Source: Nitrosopumilaceae archaeon (GTDB lineage: Archaea > Thermoproteota > Nitrososphaeria > Nitrososphaerales > Nitrosopumilaceae). Taken from it: a stretch of 64,000 nt of DNA. Below, piece after piece: positions 9,847 to 20,473 of the stretch. Numbering within the stretch: position 1 is the first letter of the stretch; each line of letters opens with the position of its first letter. Location: positions 1,152,001 through 1,216,000 of the forward strand of contig OZ242365.1 of assembly GCA_965208905.1 (NCBI GenBank). The letters run 5' to 3'. The notes under the pieces were generated by a model. It was not told the origin of the DNA and ran no database searches. It was given only the letters and a program-made list of their open reading frames with translations. The translations under genes were made by a program, and so were the position numbers.

Positions 9847-10173
9847 TTATAGTACACGACTACCGGATGGAACCTCTTCTGGCACACTCAGCCAAAAAGG
9901 CTTATCGTCTACATCTGCTGCCAACAGCATCCCCTCGGATGTCACACCTGATATCGTTCTAGGCTCTAAATTAAGCAACACCACGACGGTCTTGCCTATG
10001 AGGCTGTCGGGTGTGTAATATTGAGCTCCGCCAACTATTATGGTTCTTGTCTGACCTCCCACATCTATGACCGCCTGACATATTCTACTCTTTCCTGGCA
10101 TTGTATCTGCAGATACTATGCGGGCTACTCGTATGTCTAGTCGGGCAAAGTCGTCGTATGATATCTCTTCCAT
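9847..10173 (-). CDS. tRNA-binding OB-fold protein (Trbp111/CsaA, MetRS C-domain-like)
   Basis: ISYDDFARLDIRVARI...NLEPRTISGVTSEGMLLAA; start taken at MEEIS. Confidence 0.88.
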   Translation of the reverse strand: MEEISYDDFARLDIRVARIVSADTMPGKSRICQAVIDVGGQTRTIIVGGAQYYTPDSLIGKTVVVLLNLEPRTISGVTSEGMLLAADVDDKPFWLSVPEEVPSGSRVL

Positions 10174-10339
10174 GAGTATATGAAATACAAGGGACAATAT
10201 AATCTGCCGTGACGGAAGAATGGCACGTGCCATTGAAACTGGAGTTACGGTTCCGGATTTTAAGCACAATGCCCATCACGGGTGATATGAGTACAAGTAA
10301 GCGCAATTTATGTATGACGTTTACATCATACATCTAACA

Positions 10340-10765
10340 ATGGCGGTAATTAATGTGGTCATGCCTATTAGGGCTCCATCTGAAACTGTCTGGGAGATTG
10401 TCTCGGATTTGGATGCCGAACCTAAATTCTGGAAGGGAACAAAAAGTATTAGAAATATATCTAAAGATGGAGACCGGGTGCATCGCGAGATAACCATAGC
10501 TTTCAGAGATCAAAAATGCATACAAGATGTAACACTGTATCCTCCCAACAGAATAGATGCTCAATTTGTAAAAGGGATAATTAAAGGCAACAAGGAGATT
10601 GTGGTTGCTGGCGATGAACAGGCCACCACACTGAGCGTAACATGGAACATAGAGTTGTCGGGTATGATGAAGATGTTTACTAAAATGATAGCTGGTCATA
10701 TAGAGAATGGCACAAGGCAGGCGCTATCTTCAATAAAACATGAGGCTGAGGGAAATACAGAGTGA
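10340..10765 (+). CDS. SRPBCC/START-fold (polyketide cyclase-like) protein
   Basis: IRAPSETVWEIVSD...PKFW pattern and C-terminal helix. Confidence 0.75.
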   Translation: MAVINVVMPIRAPSETVWEIVSDLDAEPKFWKGTKSIRNISKDGDRVHREITIAFRDQKCIQDVTLYPPNRIDAQFVKGIIKGNKEIVVAGDEQATTLSVTWNIELSGMMKMFTKMIAGHIENGTRQALSSIKHEAEGNTE

Positions 10766-11958
10766 TGTTGGAAGTACTGCACGGTATCTTGGCAGGTATA
10801 ATGGTGATGGTGACCATAGCCTGGCTTGTACTACTCCGTGGAATTATACGAACATTTCGTCTTACGCCACATATTCGTATGTATTCACAGAGTTCCCAGG
10901 TAAGACCCAAAGTATCGGTCATCTTACCTGCGCGGAACGAGGAGAAGTACATTGGACGCTGTCTAGACAGTCTGGTAAAACAAGACTATGACGAATACGA
11001 AGTTATTGCTGTTAATGATTCGTCTGATGACTCCACAGAGAGTATAATCTCTGACTATGCAAACAAACACACCAAAATACGATTGGTAAATGCACGGCCC
11101 AAACCAGAGGGGTGGATGGGAAAGAACTGGGCTTGCATGGAGGGGTATGACAACGCCACCGGTCAAATACTGCTATTTACAGACTCAGATACCGTATTTT
11201 CGCCTAATATGATATCCGTGGCGATAGATCATTTAAATGCAGAGAGTCTTGACGCATTAACGGCGATTCCATTAATTCGAACCAATGAATTTTGGACACG
11301 TATAACGCTACCCATGATATCGACATTTTTACATACACGCTTCTCTGCACTAAACGTAAATGATCCAAATAAAAAAACCGGCTACTTTTTTGGCAGCTTC
11401 TTTGTAATGCCAAAGGATGTGTATGAATCGGTGGGGACACACAAAGGTGTTCGTCAAGAGATAATCGAAGATGGCTCTCTGGGACGAAAAGTAAAAGATA
11501 TGGGGTATAACCTCAAAATGGTCCTGGCCGATGATATGTTTGAGGCCATATGGGCGCGGGATGGCTCAACATTGTGGCATGCTCTTAAAAGACTCATGAT
11601 ACCACTATACCTGCAGTGCTCCAAGACCGCTGTTGGCATATTTGTGGCAGTACTGTCTCTGTTATTTTTACCATTTCCCACACTTCTCTACTCTGTTACA
11701 CTGGACAGTAATATACTATCAGAAGTATTGTGGTGGAGCTCCCTTGCTGCATCTTTTATGATACTATGTGGGGCAATAATAGAGTCTCGCGTGTTAAAGA
11801 TAAATCTGTACAATGCCTTGGCTTGTCCTCTGGGTGGAGCCGTAATAGTCGCAGGGTTTTTTGCAGGCATATTGAGCGTGGGCAAGCAAAACTCTGTATC
11901 TTGGCGGGGCAGAGAATATACGCTAAGACACACCTCTCAAAACCCAATGGACGTTTAG
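10762..11958 (+). CDS. Membrane glycosyltransferase family 2 (HpnB/CrtQ-like)
   Basis: VSVILPARNEE, DDST, GWMGKNWAC, FTDSD, IIEDG, WRGREY. Confidence 0.9.
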   Translation: MMLEVLHGILAGIMVMVTIAWLVLLRGIIRTFRLTPHIRMYSQSSQVRPKVSVILPARNEEKYIGRCLDSLVKQDYDEYEVIAVNDSSDDSTESIISDYANKHTKIRLVNARPKPEGWMGKNWACMEGYDNATGQILLFTDSDTVFSPNMISVAIDHLNAESLDALTAIPLIRTNEFWTRITLPMISTFLHTRFSALNVNDPNKKTGYFFGSFFVMPKDVYESVGTHKGVRQEIIEDGSLGRKVKDMGYNLKMVLADDMFEAIWARDGSTLWHALKRLMIPLYLQCSKTAVGIFVAVLSLLFLPFPTLLYSVTLDSNILSEVLWWSSLAASFMILCGAIIESRVLKINLYNALACPLGGAVIVAGFFAGILSVGKQNSVSWRGREYTLRHTSQNPMDV

Positions 11959-12206
11959 GGTTTCTGCAGATACAATACTCCTGCAAAGACAGACAACAAA
12001 CATGACTATGACTCATGAAATCTATGATGTTTTATTGGTGGTATCCTGAGACGATAACTATTCTGGAATGTCTATATCTTGGTTTAATATGACCACACAT
12101 TGCTTTGGGAGCATACATACGGGTTCACTCTTGGCCTATACATCATTAATACTCACAGAAGTCAAATTTCGTAAGATTTTTAGATATTGTAATTTGGTTA
12201 TACTAT

Positions 12207-13340
12207 GTGATGAATGGTGCAGTCTACATAGGTGGCGGAATGGCCGCTTTGGCAGTGGCAATACTGGTGGCTGCATATGTCTTTACTACAGATGTGCCCG
12301 AAGAGGTCGTATCTGCTAATATAACACTGACTCCTGCAGATGCGATTGAGTTTGAAGATCTCACACTAGTGGAGATATTTGAAAACACAGAAGCCAGTGT
12401 GGTCCGAATAATTGTGGACAGAAACTCCACTGATGTGTTGGACCCTAATCGTGACAGCCTAGGTTCAGGAATTGTCTTTGATAGGATGGGTAATATAGTT
12501 ACCAATGCACACGTTGTCGAAGATTCCTTAAAGACTGAGGTGACATTTTTGGATGGACGAACATATGAGGCCAAGATAGTGGGTGTTGATGTGCACACTG
12601 ACTTGGCGGTGGTCAATGTGGATGTGGACCCGGAGCTATTGCAACCAATAATGGTTGGTGATTCTGGTATGCTAAAGGTGGGACAGTCGGTGGCCGCCAT
12701 AGGCAACCCCTTTGGGCTGTCCGGCTCCATGACCTCGGGTATAGTTAGCCAGATTGATAGACTACTGGCTACTGAATCTACGGGCTTCTCCATACCTGAT
12801 GTGATACAGACAGATGCCGCTATAAATCCCGGAAACTCGGGCGGCCCACTCTTGAATATGCGGGGGGAGCTGATAGGCGTAAATACCGCCATACAGACAA
12901 ACACAGGCAACTTTAATGGTGTGGGGTTTGCCGTACCATCTCAAACTGTTGTAAAGATAATTCCCACCCTAATATCTGAAGGAAAGTATGATCATCCTTG
13001 GATTGGCGTATCTGGATTGGATATTAATCCCACACTGGTTCGTATATTGAACCTCACTGACAGTCGTGGTTTCCTGATAATAGGTGTAGTCGAAAACAGC
13101 CCTGCTAGTCGCGCAGGCCTGATAGGCTCAAACACCACTGTTATTCATGATGGCAATGAGATTCTGATAGGTGGAGACATTGTCATGCGTGTTGATGATG
13201 TTGAAGTTCGCAAGATATCTGATATACTGATATACTTACAGCGCTCAAAGACTGTGGGTGATGAATTGGTGATTCAACTGTTACGTGATGGTGACTTGAT
13301 TGAAAAGGTACTGATTCTTGATAAGAGACCTGCTGAATAA
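12207..13340 (+). CDS. HtrA/DegP trypsin-like serine protease with PDZ domain
   Basis: TNAHVV, TDLAV, AINPGNSGGPL triad motifs; N-terminal TM. Confidence 0.95.
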   Translation: MMNGAVYIGGGMAALAVAILVAAYVFTTDVPEEVVSANITLTPADAIEFEDLTLVEIFENTEASVVRIIVDRNSTDVLDPNRDSLGSGIVFDRMGNIVTNAHVVEDSLKTEVTFLDGRTYEAKIVGVDVHTDLAVVNVDVDPELLQPIMVGDSGMLKVGQSVAAIGNPFGLSGSMTSGIVSQIDRLLATESTGFSIPDVIQTDAAINPGNSGGPLLNMRGELIGVNTAIQTNTGNFNGVGFAVPSQTVVKIIPTLISEGKYDHPWIGVSGLDINPTLVRILNLTDSRGFLIIGVVENSPASRAGLIGSNTTVIHDGNEILIGGDIVMRVDDVEVRKISDILIYLQRSKTVGDELVIQLLRDGDLIEKVLILDKRPAE

Positions 13341-13403
13341 TAGTAATTTAAAACCCACCCAGCCTCCGCAGGATTAAATATGTACTACTACGCGTAAGAC
13401 ATA

Positions 13404-14570
13404 TTGAGTAATCTTGTATTTGATTCAGAGATCTTAAATCGTATTGTACAGGGTCGTACTTACAAAACAGACTATCTTCAAGCATACTATGATGCATTGC
13501 AGAACCCCGCCGATATATTTGCGGCTGCAACTAAACTTCGAGACGAATACAAGGGTAACACAATTACATTCTCAAAGAAAGTGTTTTTGAATGTGATAAA
13601 CCTGTGCCGAGACACATGTTCGTACTGTACTTACAAGGCGCAACTGACACAATCCAAACTTTCTATGATGAGTACTGATACAGCAAAACAGATTATACGA
13701 TTGGCTAAAAGATACAGGTGTGTGGAAGCACTGTTGGTGACCGGTGAACGGCCTGAGGAGGCGTACCCTGAAGCCAAAGAGTGGTTAAGAGGCGAGGGAT
13801 ACTCTTCTACACCCGAATATCTAGCACATATATCTGAGATATGTCTGAAAGGCGGGCTCTTTCCTCACACAAATGCTGGCAATCTGGAGAGAGATGAGAT
13901 TCGCATGTTATCTGATACAAACGTCTCGGTGGGACTGATGCTGGAGAGCTCCAGTGAACGACTCACCGGGAGTGGCATGCCGCATCATTTGGCTCCTAGT
14001 AAGAGGCCCAAAGAACGCATAAGAGTTCTAGAAGATATGGGAAGAGAGAAAATTCCCACTACTACTGGTGTGCTGGTGGGCATAGGGGAGAGTATCGAGG
14101 AGTATATTGACTCTATAATTACAATACGTGACATACATCGCCGATACGGACACATACAAGAGATAATACTGCAGAACTTTCACCCAAAGAACGACACTGC
14201 GATGAGGAATAATGCTGCAGCAGACATGACACAATTTATGATACTGGTGGCCCTAACACGAATCATGATTCCGGCTATGAATATACAGATACCCCCAAAT
14301 CTATCACCGGATATATACCCATCATATATCAATTCAGGTATAAACGACTGGGGTGGAATATCACCACTCACCCAAGACTATGTAAATCCAGAATTCTCAT
14401 GGCCGCATATACAGGATGTCTCGCAGAGATGTAGTGATTTTGGTTATAACTTAAAGTGTAGGTTCCCTGTATATCCTGAATTTGCACAGATGGTATCGCC
14501 ACATCTCAAAGAAAGAATGTCTACAATCGCGGATTCAGAGATGCTTGTGGAGGCGTCATATTGGCGTTGA
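13404..14570 (+). CDS. cofG: FO synthase subunit CofG
   Basis: CRDTCSYC radical SAM motif, PHTNAG, QIPPNL, DWGGISP. Confidence 0.93.
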   Translation: MSNLVFDSEILNRIVQGRTYKTDYLQAYYDALQNPADIFAAATKLRDEYKGNTITFSKKVFLNVINLCRDTCSYCTYKAQLTQSKLSMMSTDTAKQIIRLAKRYRCVEALLVTGERPEEAYPEAKEWLRGEGYSSTPEYLAHISEICLKGGLFPHTNAGNLERDEIRMLSDTNVSVGLMLESSSERLTGSGMPHHLAPSKRPKERIRVLEDMGREKIPTTTGVLVGIGESIEEYIDSIITIRDIHRRYGHIQEIILQNFHPKNDTAMRNNAAADMTQFMILVALTRIMIPAMNIQIPPNLSPDIYPSYINSGINDWGGISPLTQDYVNPEFSWPHIQDVSQRCSDFGYNLKCRFPVYPEFAQMVSPHLKERMSTIADSEMLVEASYWR

Positions 14571-15814
14571 ATGCTCGTACAGACTCAATGTTTAGAGAGG
14601 CAGATCCAATAATTGCCTCAATACTAGATGGCGCCCTATCTGGAAGAGAAGTCACAACCTCTGAAGGTATCCAATTGTATTCTGCTAAAGATGTAGACAT
14701 TCATCTGGTGGGAATGGTGGCAGACAAACTGCGACACGACAGAGTGGGTGATGTTGTTACATACGTGGTAAATCGTAACATCAATTTTACTAACGTCTGC
14801 ATCAGGCAGTGTGGTTTTTGTGCATTTAGCAGAGATTTTAGAGAGACCGAGGGCTATATGCTCCCTGTCCCCGAGATAGTGCGCCGTGCAACCGAAGCTC
14901 ACAATTTAGGGGCGACCGAGGTGTGCATACAGGCAGGACTGCCGCCAGACATGGCTCCAGACACATACGAGAGTATATGCCTCGCCATAAAGTCTGAACT
15001 ACCTGATATACACATACATGGTTTCTCACCAGAAGAGGTGCAGTATGGTGCCCAGAGATCTAACACCACAATCCGTGAATATCTTTTACGGCTCAAGGAA
15101 GCGGGCGTTGACACACTGCCGGGAACCTCAGCAGAGATTCTTGATCAAAAACTTCGAGATAAGATATCCCCCGGACGTATCACCGTCGAATCCTGGAAAG
15201 AGGTGATCCGGACTGCCCACTCACTGGGAATTCGCACAACATCGACCATGATGTTTGGCCACATGGAGACTATGGCGCAGCGTGTACAACACATGGCACT
15301 GATACGTGATATTCAAAGAGAGACTGGTGGATTTACCGAGTTTGTTCCACTGGACTTTATAGCACAGGAGGCTCCCATGTACAAAAACAGACTACATGAT
15401 TCTATGAGGGCCGGAGCTGGCGGCGTAGATGTACTACTGACCCATGCCATATCCCGTATTATGCTACACAATATAGACAACATACAGATGTCATGGGTCA
15501 AGGAAGGTGGCAAAATGGCTCAACTGTTGTTGTTGTGGGGGGCAAACGACTTTGGCGGTACGCTGATAAACGAGAGCATATCCACAGCAGCGGGAGCTGC
15601 ACACGGTCAAATTCTTCGACCATCATATATACGCAGATTAATTTTGGATATGAATCGTATACCGGCCGAACGCACCACCTTATACAAGATAAAGAGACGT
15701 TTTGATACTGAAACCAGCGAGGATAAATTGGACATGGTAGACTCATCTAAATTCGGCTCATACGCTGAACTAGTAAAGATAGACAAGTACAGATACAAAA
15801 ATCCAAGAGAGTGA
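14561..15814 (+). CDS. cofH: FO synthase subunit CofH
   Basis: VVNRNINFTNVCIRQCGFCAF, PGTSAEIL, NDFGGTLINESIS; adjacent to cofG. Confidence 0.93.
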   Translation: MALNARTDSMFREADPIIASILDGALSGREVTTSEGIQLYSAKDVDIHLVGMVADKLRHDRVGDVVTYVVNRNINFTNVCIRQCGFCAFSRDFRETEGYMLPVPEIVRRATEAHNLGATEVCIQAGLPPDMAPDTYESICLAIKSELPDIHIHGFSPEEVQYGAQRSNTTIREYLLRLKEAGVDTLPGTSAEILDQKLRDKISPGRITVESWKEVIRTAHSLGIRTTSTMMFGHMETMAQRVQHMALIRDIQRETGGFTEFVPLDFIAQEAPMYKNRLHDSMRAGAGGVDVLLTHAISRIMLHNIDNIQMSWVKEGGKMAQLLLLWGANDFGGTLINESISTAAGAAHGQILRPSYIRRLILDMNRIPAERTTLYKIKRRFDTETSEDKLDMVDSSKFGSYAELVKIDKYRYKNPRE

Positions 15815-15870
15815 TGTATGATGGGGAGTGTGCGTAATCAAGATAACTCTGTTCTCTACATCCCTAGACG

Positions 15871-15975
15871 GGTTCTGTCGCAAACGCGGTTGATGTGACA
15901 TCTTACACATCATCCCAAAGTCGAACGACGTGCTCCATGCGTAAAATAACCATCAACTGTACTTTCTAGAGAGCC
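15871..15975. mobile_element. 105-bp MITE/remnant with IS6-like end and 8-bp TSD
   Basis: CCTAGACG duplicated at 15863-15870 and 15976-15983; left end GGTTCTGTCGCAAA, right end (reverse complement) GGCTCTCTAGAAAG. Confidence 0.65.
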
Positions 15976-16012
15976 CCTAGACGTATAATATGGACTTTGT
16001 ATACGTAAAGGC

Positions 16013-16945
16013 ATGATGGATTTACTGATAAATGTAGCACTAACGGTGGTGGGAATATTGATGCTGTGTTATGGCGGTAACTGTCTTGTCAATGGTGGCG
16101 AAAGTATTGCTAGGCGCATGGGCATATCGAGTTTGGTGATTGGTATGACCGTAGTTGCATATGGTACATCGACCCCTGAACTTGCTGCCAGTATTGCTGC
16201 AGCAGGAGACCATGGCGATATAATACTGGGAAATATTGTGGGGAGCAATATTGCCAATATAGGACTGGTGATAGGTGTATCTACATTGCTGGTGACACTG
16301 GTAATAAGTCGCCAGACAATCCTGCGGGAAGTACCAATAATGGTGGGCTTTTCGGTTTTGTTGGTTGTACTGTCTATAGATGGTGAGATATCACAAGTTG
16401 ACGGCATAATATTGATATTGACACTGGGTGGATTTACGATATATACGATCAGGAGATCTCGTCGTGATGTACAACCTGATACTGATTCCTCAAAACCAAA
16501 ACAGTCCAATCTCAAGTCTTTTGGCTTACTGGGCATTGGGGTGGGTCTGTTATATGTTGGAGCCATACTGACTGTGGATAATGCAGTGACCATCGCCGAA
16601 GCGTTCCAGATCCCTGAAATGATCATAGGAGTAACTGTAATTGCAATTGGAACGTCATTACCTGAACTAATCACATCAATACTGGCAATACGAAAAGGCC
16701 AAATCGATATTGGAGTGGGTAATATAATCGGGAGCAACATATACAATATATTGATGATCATGGGTGTTTCTGCCACCATTGCAGGTATACATGTGGCCCC
16801 TACAATATTTCAGGATTATGTGATAATGATCATGTTTAGCATGGCGTTGTTCGTGTCTATAAAGTCTGGCAAGTTAGATTATAGGGTAGGTATGGGCTTG
16901 GTGGCCGGTTACGTGGTGTATATTGCAAGTAGTTTGGTTCTATAG
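16013..16945 (+). CDS. Ca2+/Na+ antiporter (CaCA/YrbG family)
   Basis: Two alpha repeats GTS(T/L)PEL and GNI(V/I)GSNI. Confidence 0.93.
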   Translation: MMDLLINVALTVVGILMLCYGGNCLVNGGESIARRMGISSLVIGMTVVAYGTSTPELAASIAAAGDHGDIILGNIVGSNIANIGLVIGVSTLLVTLVISRQTILREVPIMVGFSVLLVVLSIDGEISQVDGIILILTLGGFTIYTIRRSRRDVQPDTDSSKPKQSNLKSFGLLGIGVGLLYVGAILTVDNAVTIAEAFQIPEMIIGVTVIAIGTSLPELITSILAIRKGQIDIGVGNIIGSNIYNILMIMGVSATIAGIHVAPTIFQDYVIMIMFSMALFVSIKSGKLDYRVGMGLVAGYVVYIASSLVL

Positions 16946-16983
16946 AAGATTAGGCATTTAAACGGGTTAAGAGAAAATATATT

Positions 16984-18192
16984 GTGAAAGTTCGCACACT
17001 TGACGACTTTGATCTGGCGGGCAAGACAATATATCTTCGAGTCGACATGAACTGCCCCATAGATCCACTTACAGGTGATATAATTGGTACCAAAAGAATC
17101 GAGGAGGTGGCAGAGACACTCCATACCATGAAAGACTCAAAAGTGGTTCTGGTATCACATCAAGGCCGTGTGGGAAATAGTGACTATATTGGAATGAACA
17201 AACATGCCGTTGTTCTAGAGCGTATGCTTAATCGAAAGGTCAAATATGTACAAGATGTTATTGGCGTGGCCGCTCATAACACAATAAAAGACCTAGAAGA
17301 TGGAGACATTCTATTACTGGACAATCTAAGATTGTGTGCCGAAGAGAATTACGAGTTTACTCCACACAACGCTGCCAAAACTATTATGGTGCAACGTTTG
17401 GCAAAACTATTCGACCTGTGCGTATTGGACTCGTTTCCCAGCGCCCACAGGTCCCACCCGTCCATAGTGGGCTTTCCGCAAGTAATGCCTGCATGCGCAG
17501 GTCGCATAGCTGAAAGAGAGATAAGAAATCTCAACGAGATAATGACCGTTGCAAAGGCTCCCCACGTTGTAGTACTGGGTGGAGCTAAAGTTCCAGACAG
17601 ACTTGAGGCAATTCGATTACTCATACAAAATGGTCGTGCCGATCATATATTACTGACCGGCGTTATTGGAAATGTCTTCATGCGGGCGCAGGGACGTATA
17701 CGATACCCCCTGGGAATAAAGTTTGAGGATGATGTGGTGCGAAAAGCCCATCGTTTGATTGGTGAATATCCTGATGTCTTCTCAACACCCGTAGATGTGG
17801 CAGTACGTGAGAATGACACACGCCTGGAGATGGATGTCCGCAAACTTGTGGAGGGTGAACAGATAGTCGATGTCGGCCCCAAAACTGTAGAGCATTATTC
17901 AAAGATAATTTCTAGTGCGGGAACTGTATTTATCAGTGGACCTGCCGGGAACTTTGAGATGGAGGGCTTTGATGTGGGAACAAGGGATCTCTTACGGGCC
18001 GTCTCCAAATCCATGGCCACCACAATAGTCTCCGGGGGGCATCTAACTGCCGCTCTAAAAAAATATGGCATGGATGCACACATAAATCATATCAGCACTG
18101 CGGGCGGGGCTTTGGTGTTGTATCTTACCGGCGCCAAACTGCCCATGATACAGGCACTTGAGAGTGCAAGTGAACGATTATCTACTGCGTAA
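16984..18192 (+). CDS. pgk: Phosphoglycerate kinase
   Basis: LRVDMNCP, SHQGR, AHRSH, VLGGAK, HISTAGGA. Confidence 0.95.
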   Translation: MKVRTLDDFDLAGKTIYLRVDMNCPIDPLTGDIIGTKRIEEVAETLHTMKDSKVVLVSHQGRVGNSDYIGMNKHAVVLERMLNRKVKYVQDVIGVAAHNTIKDLEDGDILLLDNLRLCAEENYEFTPHNAAKTIMVQRLAKLFDLCVLDSFPSAHRSHPSIVGFPQVMPACAGRIAEREIRNLNEIMTVAKAPHVVVLGGAKVPDRLEAIRLLIQNGRADHILLTGVIGNVFMRAQGRIRYPLGIKFEDDVVRKAHRLIGEYPDVFSTPVDVAVRENDTRLEMDVRKLVEGEQIVDVGPKTVEHYSKIISSAGTVFISGPAGNFEMEGFDVGTRDLLRAVSKSMATTIVSGGHLTAALKKYGMDAHINHISTAGGALVLYLTGAKLPMIQALESASERLSTA

Positions 18193-18505
18193 CAGAAACG
18201 CCGCAGATTATACAGACGCGAGGCTCTTCTGAATGTAGTGGAATCTGACCACACTCTTTGCACTGTACTAGTTGCAGAGGTGTAAACAGTTTCAGATACA
18301 TGGTAGTAAAATTTTGAGCGATATTTCGAACTACTCCTGCCCTGCACAAGTTTTGAAAGTCGTCTTCCACATCATCTACTGAGCATGCTGCTTCAACCAT
18401 GTCATCTTTTATCATGATGTCTAAAACTTGATCGTTGGTAAACGTCAGATCAGGATCATTAAAGTGTTTATATATCACGTGCCGTATGGCCAGCGAAGCA
18501 TCCAT
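18182..18505 (-). CDS. Hypothetical protein, wHTH-like N-terminus plus C-terminal CxxC...CxxC Zn ribbon
   Basis: CKEC and CIIC pairs; coupled to sufU. Confidence 0.7.
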   Translation of the reverse strand: MDASLAIRHVIYKHFNDPDLTFTNDQVLDIMIKDDMVEAACSVDDVEDDFQNLCRAGVVRNIAQNFTTMYLKLFTPLQLVQCKECGQIPLHSEEPRVCIICGVSVTQ

Positions 18506-18939
18506 CAGTATAATCCTGCAGCTTCTTCTTTGAGTGACTCTACAGAATCATGATTATGTTTGGCTAGATACGTATACAGAGCAAACTTTAACGTTTTTAG
18601 TGGTAGCAAGGCACACTTTATCCTGACGGCCTGTAGATGTTCAAGTCCCAACTCGCCAAGTAAATCATGTTTTGATATGTCACGCGCCTCATCTAGACTC
18701 TTACCCTTTGTAATCTCTGTTAGTACAGACGAGCAGGCCATACATATGGCGCACCCCTTGCCATGAAATTTGATGTCTGATATTTTGGAGTCGTCTATCT
18801 TTAGATCTATATCTACACTGTCGCCGCAGAGTGGATTGGCATCATGATGCGTTGCATCCGGATTATCCATCTTGCCAAAGTTTACAGGATTTCGAGAATA
18901 GTCTATAATCATCTCATGATATATGTCTCGACTACTCAA
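18505..18939 (-). CDS. sufU: Fe-S scaffold/sulfur-transfer protein SufU/IscU
   Basis: NPLCGD, GCAIC, RIKCA. Confidence 0.92.
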   Translation of the reverse strand: MSSRDIYHEMIIDYSRNPVNFGKMDNPDATHHDANPLCGDSVDIDLKIDDSKISDIKFHGKGCAICMACSSVLTEITKGKSLDEARDISKHDLLGELGLEHLQAVRIKCALLPLKTLKFALYTYLAKHNHDSVESLKEEAAGLY

Positions 18940-20170
18940 GTTTGAACACCCTTGCTACCTTTTGTAGTGCGTCAATTAGTACATCTATCTCATCGGTGGT
19001 GTTGTATATGTAGAAACTGGCTCGGGAAGTGGCGGCCACATCTAACTCTTCCATCAATACCTGAGCGCAATGGTGTCCTGATCTGATGGCTACTCCCTCC
19101 TCATCCATTATGTGTGCTACATCATGAGGATGTACATCTGCAAAGTTGAATGATATGACTCCTCCCCGTTCTTTTATATCTGTAGGACCGTATATGGTAA
19201 TTCCTGGAATTTTGCGCATACGATTTAGTGCGTAGGATGTAAGCTCCATCTCATGCATTCTTACATTGTCCATACCTATGCCTTCAAGATAGTCCACGGC
19301 CGCACCTAACCCTATTACATCTGCTATGTTGGGAGTTCCTGCTTCAAATTTATACGGCAAGTCATTCCATGTGGACTCTTGCTTGTGGACCTCACGAATC
19401 ATATCTCCGCCCCCATGGAACGGACTCATCTTCTCCAACATATTGTGACTTGCATATAAAACACCTACTCCAGTAGGTCCCATCATTTTGTGTCCACTAA
19501 ATGTAAAAAAGTCACACCCAAGCGAACTCACATCCACTCTCATGTGTGGTACTGCCTGTGCCGCATCAACTAGCGTGTGTATGCCTGCCTCCTTACATTT
19601 GGACATTATTGCAGGAGCGTCTGTAATTGTGCCCAAAACGTTGGACATCAAACTAAATGTTACCATCTTTACATTGCCTTCTGCTATGTAGTCGTCTAAC
19701 TTATCTAATATGAGTCGACCTTGGTCATCTATGGGTATGTACTTTAGTGTGGCGCCTTTCTCTTTGCACAGTAGCTGCCATGGCACTATATTGGAGTGGT
19801 GTTCATACTCTGTAGTTACAATGGTGTCTCCTTTAGCGATGTTGGGCCGACCCCATGCGTACGCCACTAGGTTGATCCCCTCAGTTGTACCTCTTACAAA
19901 TATTACCTGCCTTCTGTCTTGTATGTTTAAGAATCTGGCAATGCGGTCCCTAACTGACTCGTACTTTTCAGTTGCTTCTTCGGCCAAAGCGTATACGGCT
20001 CTGTGTATATTGGCGTTGTAACCTTTATAGTAATTTGAGATGGCATCCACCACATAGTTTGGCTTTTGAGTCGTGGCCGCATTGTCTAGGTATACTAGCG
20101 GCTTGCCATCTCGAACAGTTCTGGCTAGTATGGGGAAATCCTTTCGTATATTAAGCAGACTGATTTGCAT
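18932..20170 (-). CDS. sufS: Cysteine desulfurase SufS
   Basis: YLDNAATTQKP, SGHKM, RSGHHCA. Confidence 0.96.
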   Translation of the reverse strand: MQISLLNIRKDFPILARTVRDGKPLVYLDNAATTQKPNYVVDAISNYYKGYNANIHRAVYALAEEATEKYESVRDRIARFLNIQDRRQVIFVRGTTEGINLVAYAWGRPNIAKGDTIVTTEYEHHSNIVPWQLLCKEKGATLKYIPIDDQGRLILDKLDDYIAEGNVKMVTFSLMSNVLGTITDAPAIMSKCKEAGIHTLVDAAQAVPHMRVDVSSLGCDFFTFSGHKMMGPTGVGVLYASHNMLEKMSPFHGGGDMIREVHKQESTWNDLPYKFEAGTPNIADVIGLGAAVDYLEGIGMDNVRMHEMELTSYALNRMRKIPGITIYGPTDIKERGGVISFNFADVHPHDVAHIMDEEGVAIRSGHHCAQVLMEELDVAATSRASFYIYNTTDEIDVLIDALQKVARVFKLE

Positions 20171-20472
20171 TATACCTCCACATATACCTCCCCATACTCT
20201 ATTTTAACGTTAAATACTGATATTGGCTCTATAGCTGGAGGGTTTAAAGGCTCACCCGTATTCACATCAAAGACAGATAGATGCAGGGGGCAACGTACGC
20301 CATCTGGTGAGACAAAACCACAACTAAGGTCCGCATCTTCGTGTGTGCATATACGATCTGTAACGGATATAGTATCTGATATGCGACATACCATCAACTG
20401 ACGACCTGCAATGTCCTTTGCTAGAACACTGTTGTCACTAATCTCATCTTGGTTACATATCTTTTCCCACAT
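20170..20472 (-). CDS. Rieske-type [2Fe-2S] ferredoxin
   Basis: CTH...CPLH ligands; start taken at MWEKI. Confidence 0.9.
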   Translation of the reverse strand: MWEKICNQDEISDNSVLAKDIAGRQLMVCRISDTISVTDRICTHEDADLSCGFVSPDGVRCPLHLSVFDVNTGEPLNPPAIEPISVFNVKIEYGEVYVEV

Positions 20473-20473
20473 G

